Positions 1 to 6,250 of a stretch of DNA of 32,000 bases are shown here, piece by piece. Position 1 is the stretch's first letter, and each line of letters opens with the position of its first letter. Source of the stretch: Mycolicibacterium smegmatis (GTDB taxonomy: Bacteria > Actinomycetota > Actinomycetes > Mycobacteriales > Mycobacteriaceae); the NCBI RefSeq assembly GCF_001457595.1, contig NZ_LN831039.1, positions 6,360,001-6,392,000 of the forward strand, read 5' to 3'. Under the pieces are notes generated by a model. It was not told the origin of the DNA. It saw nothing but the letters and a program-made list of their open reading frames with translations, and searched no databases. A program made the translations under genes and the position numbers.

Positions 1-9
1 AGGAGGAGT

Positions 10-879
10 ATGGGCCGCACCGTCGCGGTGACCTGGCATGTGGCGTCCACCCTCATTGCCGCCGGCCTGTTCTTCTTCTTCGTCATCCCCCGCTGGCCCG
101 AGTTGATGGGTGAGACGTCGCCCACGCTGGGAACGGTTCTGCGGATCGTGACCGGCGTGCTGGTCGCGCTCACCGCTCTGCCGGTCGTGTTCACGCTCCT
201 GCGCACCCGCCGCCCGGAGCTCGGTACGCCCGAACTCGCGTTGCGGCTTCGCACCACCTCGATCGTGTTCCACGTCCTCGCGGGTGTGCTGATCGTCGGC
301 ACCGCGATCGCCGAGATCTGGGTGTCGCTCGACAGTGCCGGTTCGTGGCTTTTCGGTATCTACGGCGCCGCGGCGGCCCTCGCCCTGCTGGGCGCCTTCG
401 GCTTCTACCTCGCCTTCATCGCCGAGCTGCCGCCCCCGCCGCCGAAACCGGTCAAGCCCAAGGTCAACGCCGTGCGGCGCAACACGCGCGCGGCCAAGGA
501 CACGGCGGACGCCGACGAGATCGACAAAGACGCGGCCGACGAAGACGAGGCCGGCGAAGGCGAAGACGCCACCGAGCGGGCCGAGGACAGCGCGGACGAA
601 CCGTCGGACGACACCGCTGTGGAGGCGTCCGACGAGGACGCCGACCAGACCGAGGACGCGACGTCCGAGAACAACGACGAGCCGAGAGCCGCCGAACCCG
701 AGTCGAAAGCTGTCGAGCCCGAGTCCACGGCAGTGGAAGCCGAGAGCCTCGACGGCGCCGACACCGACGATTCGTCGGGCGGCAAACTGCGCAACCGACG
801 GCCGTCGAACAAGGCGAACAAGGGTGGCAGCTCGCGGTTCCGGCGGCGCTCCCGCGGCGGCATCACAGTCGAGGAGTGA
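10..879 (+). CDS. Integral membrane protein with polyproline hinge and long acidic low-complexity C-terminal tail
   Basis: ATG at 10 follows AGGAGGA (1-7). Four hydrophobic segments: TLIAAGLFFFFVI, VLRIVTGVLVALTALPVVFTLL, IVFHVLAGVLIVGTAIAEIW, LFGIYGAAAALALLGAFGFYLAFI. These are followed by ELPPPPPKPVKPK, about 110 aa of D/E/A/T-rich sequence, and a basic end RFRRRSRGG. No enzymatic motif recognised. Confidence 0.75.
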   Translation: MGRTVAVTWHVASTLIAAGLFFFFVIPRWPELMGETSPTLGTVLRIVTGVLVALTALPVVFTLLRTRRPELGTPELALRLRTTSIVFHVLAGVLIVGTAIAEIWVSLDSAGSWLFGIYGAAAALALLGAFGFYLAFIAELPPPPPKPVKPKVNAVRRNTRAAKDTADADEIDKDAADEDEAGEGEDATERAEDSADEPSDDTAVEASDEDADQTEDATSENNDEPRAAEPESKAVEPESTAVEAESLDGADTDDSSGGKLRNRRPSNKANKGGSSRFRRRSRGGITVEE

Positions 880-923
880 GCGCGCGCGTCGACAGCGACG
901 TCAGTCGCCGCCAAGATGGGTGC

Positions 924-1946
924 ATGGGCAAACCACGCTCGCGACAATTCGGATCGGTGATCCTCGCGGCCCTCGTCGCTTTCGCGACGCTGCTGCTTCC
1001 CGCGGCACCGGCCGCCGCTGAACCCGCTGACCCGCTTGCCGCGGCGGCCGCGGTGGAACCCGCGGTGGCCCGCATCGACACGGTCGTCGACTATCAGCAG
1101 GCCTACGGCGTCGGCACCGGTTTCGTCCTGTCGCCCAACGGCGAGGTGCTCACCAACTACCACGTGGTGCAGGGTGCCAACACCATCAACGCCACGGTCA
1201 ACGGTGCATCGTTCATGGCCGATCTGGTGGGCTACAACCGCCGCGCCGACATCGCGGTGCTGCAGTTGCGCGGCGCAGGCGGGCTGCCGACCGCGTCGAT
1301 CGGCGATTCGCGCAGCCTGGTCGAGGGTGAACCCGTCGTCGCGCTGGGCAACGCGTACGGCTCCAACGCCCCGCTCACGCGTGAGGTCGGCACCGTCACG
1401 GCGTTCGGCCGGACCGTCAACGCCGAGGATTCCCTGACCGGCACCAAGGACGAACTGACCGGCCTGATCGAGTTCGCCGCACCCGTGCGCGCCGGCGACT
1501 CGGGCGGTCCCGTCGTCGACGGCGCAGGTCAGGTCGTCGGCGTGACGACGGCCGCGTCGGTGAACTTCCGCATGGGTCCCGGCGGCAAGGGCTTCGCGAT
1601 CCCGATCAACGACGCGATGGCCGTCGCCAACCAGATCCGGTCGCGCACCCCGTCGCCGGAGGTCCACATCGGCCCGCCCACACTGCTGGGGGTCGGGGTG
1701 CGCACCGCGCAGCGGTCCGGTGGCGGCGTGATCATCCAGGACGTGCTGCGTGGTGGCCCCGCCGAGGCGGCGGGCCTGGTACCCGGCGACATCCTGATGT
1801 CCATCGAGGGCACCCCGCTGGATACGGCCCGCACGCTCACGCTGGTGCTCGACCAGCACTATCCGGGCGATGTGGTCGATCTCACGTGGCGTGATCGCGG
1901 CGGTTTCGACCGTAACGGCAAGGCCACGCTCGCGGCAGGTCCGTAA
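924..1946 (+). CDS. pepA: Secreted trypsin-like serine protease with C-terminal PDZ domain (PepA / MTB32A-like)
   Basis: An in-frame ATG at 924 inside ORF 345..1946 yields a signal peptide, MGKPRSRQFGSVILAALVAFATLLLPAAPAAAEP. Catalytic triad contexts TNYHVV, RADIAVLQL and GDSGGPVV are present. PDZ-like segment GVIIQDVLRGGPAEAAGLVPGDILMSIEG. Strong resemblance to my recollection of M. tuberculosis PepA (Rv0125). Codons upstream of 924 overlap the previous gene and are Arg/Gly shadow. Confidence 0.9.
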   Translation: MGKPRSRQFGSVILAALVAFATLLLPAAPAAAEPADPLAAAAAVEPAVARIDTVVDYQQAYGVGTGFVLSPNGEVLTNYHVVQGANTINATVNGASFMADLVGYNRRADIAVLQLRGAGGLPTASIGDSRSLVEGEPVVALGNAYGSNAPLTREVGTVTAFGRTVNAEDSLTGTKDELTGLIEFAAPVRAGDSGGPVVDGAGQVVGVTTAASVNFRMGPGGKGFAIPINDAMAVANQIRSRTPSPEVHIGPPTLLGVGVRTAQRSGGGVIIQDVLRGGPAEAAGLVPGDILMSIEGTPLDTARTLTLVLDQHYPGDVVDLTWRDRGGFDRNGKATLAAGP

Positions 1947-1972
1947 GCGGAGAACACGGGGGCAGGCCTGGA

Positions 1973-1978
1973 TAGGCT
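1973..1978 (+). promoter_or_regulatory. Candidate -10 hexamer TAGGCT for a leaderless PucR transcript
   Basis: TANNNT hexamer, then 6 nt (cagtcc), then GTG 1985. No SD upstream of the start. Confidence 0.45.
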
Positions 1979-1984
1979 CAGTCC

Positions 1985-3496
1985 GTGGTCACACTCGACC
2001 GGCTGATCAATGTGCTGGGTGGATACGGCATCCACCTCAAGCTGTGCTCCACGCCCCGGTCGACCGAGTTGCGCAGCGTCGTGATGCACGAACCGGGTCC
2101 GGTGGTCGGCGACGTCCTGCTCGCCGTGGGCGCGGCCTCGCTCGCCGACGCGCTGGAGTGGGCCGAGGCCGCACATGCCGTGGTGGTGCTGGTCCGCGCG
2201 ACCGACGAAGACCTCACGACTGCCCCGGACGGCATCGCGGTGATGCTGGTCGAACCCGAGGTCTCCTGGAGTGAACTCGCCGCGGTGGTCTACGGCCTGG
2301 TGCTCGAAGGCCGCGAGACCGAGTCCGGACGGGGACCCACCGACCTGTTCGCGCTGGCCGACAGCCTGGCCGAGACCGTCGGCGGCTCGGTGACCATCGA
2401 GGACCGTCGTTCGTCGGTGCTGGCGTATTCACGGTTGCAGCACGACGCCGATCCGGCTCGGGCCGAGACGATCCTCAGCAGGCAGGCGCCCGAGCGTCTG
2501 CGGACACTGTTCGCCGAGCGCGGCGTGTTCCGCCATCTCGCCGAGTCCGACGAACCGCTGTTCGTCGCGGGCGACCCGGAGCAGGGGCTGACCGGGCGCA
2601 TGGTGGTCGCGGCCCGCGCGGGCCGCGAGCTTCTGGGCTCGGTGTGGGTGACGTGCGCGCAGCCGCTTCCCGAGGCGAACAGGGCCGCGCTGGCCGACGG
2701 CGCACGCATGGTGGCGGTGCATCTGCTGCGGTCACGCGCGAGCGCCGATCTGGAACGCCAGGTGGAATCCGACCTGGTGATCCGCCTCCTGGAGGGCGCC
2801 GCCGACGCCGCGACCGTCGCCAGCCGGCTCGCGTTGCCGCAGACCCCGCTGCGGGTGATCGCGCTGCGGGCGCACACCGCCGACGAGGGACATTCCGCGC
2901 TGCTGCTGGCGTTCGAACGCGCGACGGCCGGGTTCGGCTGGTCGCGACCGGGTCGCAGCGCCCTCGCCGACAACACCGTGTACACCGTGCTGCCGAGTCC
3001 CGACCCCGACACCGCGACGACGTGGGTGACCGGGCTGCGCGCGGCACTGCCCGATCCGGTATCGGTGGTTGCAGGCGTCAGCGGTCCGGCGGTCGCGGCC
3101 GAACTGGTGCTGGCCCGCCGTGAGGCCGACGAATGCCTTGCGCTGCACGAGGTGCGCCACGGCGGTGCGGTGCCCGTCTACGACGAGGCCTGGGACGACA
3201 TCCTGCTGCAACGGCTGCGGGTGGCCGCACAATCGGGCCGCGCTCCGCAGCGTGGTCCCGTCGCCGAGCTGCGCCGCCACGACCAGGCGCACGGCACGCA
3301 CTACGCGCCGACCCTGCAGGCCTGGTTGCAGGCGCAGGGCGATCTCGCCGAGGCGGGCCGCATGCTCGGCGTGCACGAGAACACCGTGCGCTACCGGCTG
3401 CGCAGGATGGCCGAGGTGACCAACCTCGAGCTCACCGACCCGCGCAAGCGGTTGGCGATGATGATCCAGCTCGCCGCGAGCGAGCATCTCAGCTGA
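1985..3496 (+). CDS. PucR/CdaR-family transcriptional regulator
   Basis: C-terminal PucR-type HTH: LAEAGRMLGVHENTVRYRLRRMAEVTNLELTDPRKRLAMMIQL. Length of 503 aa and a GGDEF-like/PucR middle region are typical of the family. GTG start at 1985. Confidence 0.85.
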   Translation: MVTLDRLINVLGGYGIHLKLCSTPRSTELRSVVMHEPGPVVGDVLLAVGAASLADALEWAEAAHAVVVLVRATDEDLTTAPDGIAVMLVEPEVSWSELAAVVYGLVLEGRETESGRGPTDLFALADSLAETVGGSVTIEDRRSSVLAYSRLQHDADPARAETILSRQAPERLRTLFAERGVFRHLAESDEPLFVAGDPEQGLTGRMVVAARAGRELLGSVWVTCAQPLPEANRAALADGARMVAVHLLRSRASADLERQVESDLVIRLLEGAADAATVASRLALPQTPLRVIALRAHTADEGHSALLLAFERATAGFGWSRPGRSALADNTVYTVLPSPDPDTATTWVTGLRAALPDPVSVVAGVSGPAVAAELVLARREADECLALHEVRHGGAVPVYDEAWDDILLQRLRVAAQSGRAPQRGPVAELRRHDQAHGTHYAPTLQAWLQAQGDLAEAGRMLGVHENTVRYRLRRMAEVTNLELTDPRKRLAMMIQLAASEHLS

Positions 3497-3643
3497 CCCG
3501 AACCGCTGTAGCGCCTCGACAAATCCCACGCCCGCGTTTGTGGTGCAGGCGCAAACCCCTGACCGGGCGATCCCCTCACCATGGAGGCATCAGCAAGGCA
3601 ACAGAGTTCGATGGCGCCTTGAAACTGTCATGGAGGTGGAATC

Positions 3644-4894
3644 GTGGTCGACGGTGAACGGATTGACGGCGGTCCGCGCGGCGCGGTCGTCGTGGGTGCC
3701 GGCATCGTGGGGCTGTCCACCGCCTGGTTCCTGCAGGAACGCGGAGTCGACGTCACCGTGGTCGACCGCACCGGCGTTGCCGCGGGCGCGTCGTGGGGCA
3801 ACGCGGGTTGGGTGTCTCCTACCCTGACGATCCCGCTGAACGACCCCGCCGTCCTGCGCTACGGGTTGCGCTCGCTCGCGAGTCCGACTGCACCGCTTCA
3901 CATCCCGCTCACCGCAGGGGTGGGCCTGTGGGCGTTTCTCACCAGGTTCGCGCTCAACTGCCGCCTGTCGTCGTGGACCAGGGCCGCCAAGGCCAACCTG
4001 CCGCTCAACGAGGAGTGCATAGAGGCCTATGACGTCCTGATGGCCAACGGCGTGGACGCGGTCACCACCGATGCGCCCATCACCGCGCTGTTCGAAACCG
4101 ACCGGCAGGCCGGGCATCTGCTGACCGAGTTGCAGCGCATGGCCGACCTGGGCCAGGACGTGAAGTTCACCCAGCTGACGAGCGATGAAGTGCGCGAACA
4201 GGTTCCGCTGGCGTCGCCGCGGATCACCACCGCCGTCAGCGTCGAGGGGCAGCGCTTCGTGGATCCGGGGCGGTTCGTCCATGCCCTGGCCGACGCCGTC
4301 GTCGCCAGGGGCGCCACGATCCGCACCGGCGAGGTGCTCGACGTGCAACCGTCGAAGCCCGGTGTACGCATCGTGCTCGCCGACGGGGAGATCCAGTCCG
4401 ATGCCGCGGTGATCGCGACCGGCGCGTGGCTGTCCAGGCTGGTGAAGGCCTGGGTGCCGACGCCTGTGCGCGCGGGCCGCGGCTACTCGTTCACCGTGCC
4501 GGTCGACCGGCCGGTGCCCACGCCGATCTACCTGCCCGACGCGCGGGTGGCGTGCACGCCGTACCAGGGCGGCCTGCGGGTCGCGGGCACCATGGAGTTC
4601 CGCTCCCCCGACGATCCGGTACAACCGGCCCGCGTCGACGCGATCATCGCGTCGGCCACACCGCTGCTCGACGGCGTGCGCTGGGACGAGCGCACCGACG
4701 TGTGGGTGGGCCCGCGGCCGGTGACACCGGACGGGCGCCCGCTGGTGGGCGAAGTCGCGCCCGGCGTGTATGTCGCAGGCGGACACGGGATGTGGGGTCT
4801 GGCGCACGGCCCGATCACCGGACGTCTGCTCGCCGAGTACCTCACCACCGGCAAGGAACCCGACGCACTGCGCGAATTCAACCCGCTGCGTTAG
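3644..4894 (+). CDS. FAD-dependent oxidoreductase, D-amino-acid dehydrogenase (DadA)-like
   Basis: N-terminal dinucleotide fold VVVGAGIVGLSTAWFLQERGVDVTVVDR. C-terminal GGHGMWGLAHGP motif typical of the DAO/DadA family. GGAGG (3632-3636) lies 7 nt before GTG 3644. Confidence 0.85.
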   Translation: MVDGERIDGGPRGAVVVGAGIVGLSTAWFLQERGVDVTVVDRTGVAAGASWGNAGWVSPTLTIPLNDPAVLRYGLRSLASPTAPLHIPLTAGVGLWAFLTRFALNCRLSSWTRAAKANLPLNEECIEAYDVLMANGVDAVTTDAPITALFETDRQAGHLLTELQRMADLGQDVKFTQLTSDEVREQVPLASPRITTAVSVEGQRFVDPGRFVHALADAVVARGATIRTGEVLDVQPSKPGVRIVLADGEIQSDAAVIATGAWLSRLVKAWVPTPVRAGRGYSFTVPVDRPVPTPIYLPDARVACTPYQGGLRVAGTMEFRSPDDPVQPARVDAIIASATPLLDGVRWDERTDVWVGPRPVTPDGRPLVGEVAPGVYVAGGHGMWGLAHGPITGRLLAEYLTTGKEPDALREFNPLR

Positions 4895-4949
4895 CGATTC
4901 ACCTCTCAGGCCAACTCAAGCCATTCGCGGCCCGGAACGGGCCTCTCGC

Positions 4950-4988
4950 GTCGTCAGGGGCGGTGCGCAACGTCCCGCCCCTGACGAC
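4950..4988 (+). terminator. Perfect 14-bp GC-rich stem-loop (GTCGTCAGGGGCGG / 11-nt loop / CCGCCCCTGACGAC)
   Basis: Read directly. The arms 4950-4963 and 4975-4988 are exact reverse complements. The structure lies 55 nt after the DadA-like stop and 27 nt before the Gre-homologue start. There is no U-tract, as is often the case for mycobacterial terminators. Confidence 0.55.
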
Positions 4989-5014
4989 AATTCTCAGCTA
5001 CCTCAGGAGGAAAA

Positions 5015-5488
5015 ATGAATGCACCCCAACGCATCTGGATGTCTCCGCAGGCACATGAACGACTCCAGCAGGAGCTGTCGACGTTGCGGGAACTGATCGC
5101 CACCGAGGCCGCCTCGGATTCCGACGAGAACCAGGTGGCCGTCCAGCGTGCCCGGCAGGCCCGCATCCAGCAGATCCACGATCTGCTGCTGCACGCCGAG
5201 GTCGGTGAGACCCCGCCCAACGACGGCGTCGCCGAGCCCGGCATGGTGCTGACCGTGCGGTGGGACGGTTCCGATGACACCGAAACCTTCCTGCTCGGTG
5301 TCCGCGGCGCCGAGTACGGCGACCTCGAGGTGTACTCCGTGCAGTCGCCGCTGGGCAGCGCGATCCTCGGGGCGCGCCCGGGTGAGCACCGCGAGTACGA
5401 GACGCCCACCGGCGCACGCATCGGGGTGACGCTGCTCGAGGCCGTGCCCTACGGCCTGCACGCGCAGGCCGTCAAGGCGACCGCCTGA
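5015..5488 (+). CDS. Gre-factor homologue (GreA/GreB C-terminal domain protein, Rv3788-like)
   Basis: AGGAGG (5005-5010) lies 4 nt before ATG 5015. Short N-terminal coiled coil (SPQAHERLQQELSTLRELIA...QRARQARIQQIHDLL) with an acidic DSDEN tip. C-terminal Gre-type globular domain (GMVLTVRWDGSDDTETFLLG...SPLGSAILGARPGEHREYETPTG). Confidence 0.8.
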   Translation: MNAPQRIWMSPQAHERLQQELSTLRELIATEAASDSDENQVAVQRARQARIQQIHDLLLHAEVGETPPNDGVAEPGMVLTVRWDGSDDTETFLLGVRGAEYGDLEVYSVQSPLGSAILGARPGEHREYETPTGARIGVTLLEAVPYGLHAQAVKATA

Positions 5489-5496
5489 TCACGCGC

Positions 5497-5541
5497 GCTC
5501 ACGTGCCGCCACCCCCTAATCTGTCCGGGTGGCACGTGAGC
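5497..5541. promoter_or_regulatory. Inverted repeat (11 bp perfect, 14 bp with one G:T) bracketing the TetR promoter and covering its start codon; candidate TetR operator and/or Gre-gene terminator
   Basis: GCTCACGTGCC (5497-5507) is the exact reverse complement of GGCACGTGAGC (5531-5541). Pairing extends inward through 5508-5510 / 5528-5530. The 17-nt spacer contains TAATCT, and GTG 5529 lies in the right arm. Confidence 0.5.
5517..5522 (+). promoter_or_regulatory. Candidate -10 hexamer TAATCT for a leaderless TetR transcript
   Basis: TANNNT, then 6 nt (gtccgg), then GTG 5529. No SD. Confidence 0.45.
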
Positions 5542-6101
5542 CTCGTAGAGCACCCGGCACCCTGACGGCCGACGACTGGCTGCAGGCCGGCTATGAATTG
5601 CTGGCCTCGGACGGTATGCGGGCACTGAAGATCGAGCGGTTGTGTGAGCAGGTCGGCGCCACCCGCGGCAGCTTCTACTGGCACTTCACCGACATGAAGG
5701 CCTATCGCGCCGCCCTGGTGGCGTCGTGGAACACGTTCCTGGAGAACGACCGCAGGTCCCTGGCCGAAATGGAGGACCTGCCGCCGCGCGAGCGTCTGTC
5801 GAAGATGATCGAGGCGCTCATGAGCCCGCAGCACTGGATGCTGGAACGCGCCATGCGCGAATGGGCGCGCACCGACGAGATCGCCGCGGCCAACGTGCGC
5901 GCCGCCGACCACCGCGTGCGGATGGCGGTCATCAAGGCGTTCGAAGATCACGGGTTCGATCCCGACGAAGCCCGGCTGCGCGGCGAGGCCACGTTCGCGG
6001 CAGGTATCGGCATGCTGCACTTGATCGACTCGGCTGAGGCGCTCGCGACGTCGGGCCGGCCTGACCGGTTTCTCGATATCATGCTCGCCCCGGCGAGCTG
6101 A
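5529..6101 (+). CDS. TetR-family transcriptional regulator
   Basis: TetR HTH: LLASDGMRALKIERLCEQVGATRGSFYWHFTDMKAY. GTG start at 5529 with no SD, but TAATCT lies 6 nt upstream, suggesting a leaderless transcript. Confidence 0.85.
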   Translation: MAREPRRAPGTLTADDWLQAGYELLASDGMRALKIERLCEQVGATRGSFYWHFTDMKAYRAALVASWNTFLENDRRSLAEMEDLPPRERLSKMIEALMSPQHWMLERAMREWARTDEIAAANVRAADHRVRMAVIKAFEDHGFDPDEARLRGEATFAAGIGMLHLIDSAEALATSGRPDRFLDIMLAPAS

Positions 6102-6116
6102 GAACCCTTTTCTGGA

Positions 6117-6132
6117 CCGTGTCTCGACACGG
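6117..6132. promoter_or_regulatory. 16-bp palindrome CCGTGTC-TC-GACACGG
   Basis: The 7-bp arms are exact reverse complements. It lies 16 nt after the TetR stop and about 120 nt upstream of the operon start. It fits the loose GT-N-AC pattern of GntR operators, or it may be a weak terminator. Confidence 0.3.
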
Positions 6133-6213
6133 CGACAATCGTCGAAAAACCCATCGGCCTAACAGCCGGGCCTGCTTCTGACCTGCGCCGGACCGCGTCA
6201 CGCCGGGGGCCAC

Positions 6214-6243
6214 TTGTGTCGGGGCTCACTCGGGCGCTAATTT
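6214..6243 (+). promoter_or_regulatory. Candidate promoter TTGTGT-N18-TAATTT driving a leaderless CoA-transferase operon
   Basis: The -10 TAATTT (6238-6243) is followed by 6 nt and then the A of ATG 6250. The -35-like TTGTGT lies at 6214-6219. No SD precedes the ATG. Confidence 0.45.
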
Positions 6244-6250
6244 AATTAAA
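6241..6250. repeat. Perfect 10-bp AT-only palindrome TTTAATTAAA abutting the start codon
   Basis: Read directly. It is its own reverse complement and is embedded in an AT-rich patch of about 25 nt (ctaatttaattaaatgtttgataca) in an otherwise GC-rich window. Confidence 0.8.

Noticed and set aside
694-756. Three imperfect 21-nt tandem units (about 15 of 21 matches between the first two)
   Set aside because: They sit inside the acidic tail coding region and are better explained as low-complexity protein reiteration than as a DNA-level repeat element or VNTR. They are mentioned under the gene instead.
345-923. N-terminal extensions of track ORFs: 345-923 (pepA), 11289-11513 (CitE-like), 15130-15351 (Prim-PolC), 15881-16234 (ligC2), 23596-23943 (CoA hydrolase/transferase) and 27439-27555 (tgt)
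   Set aside because: The extensions overlap the neighbouring gene, are Arg/Gly/Pro-rich and contribute no domain. The internal starts give a signal peptide, a homologous N-terminus or a start/stop overlap with the upstream gene.
405-1859. 484-aa minus-strand ORF, plus similar long antisense ORFs at 3590-4807, 6226-7380, 9023-9889, 12374-13420, 14110-15153, 15114-15884, 17338-18543, 22243-23199 and 23790-24938
   Set aside because: Each lies opposite a motif-rich gene. Each has Arg/Ala/Gly/Pro-dominated low-information sequence and lacks plausible starts with an SD or a -10 context. I treat them as GC-shadow ORFs.
3611-3622. Mini-ORF ATG GCG CCT TGA, together with the duplicated CATGGAGG, in the leader of the DadA-like gene
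   Set aside because: It has three codons, no SD at proper spacing and no conservation evidence available. It cannot be supported as a regulatory uORF from sequence alone.
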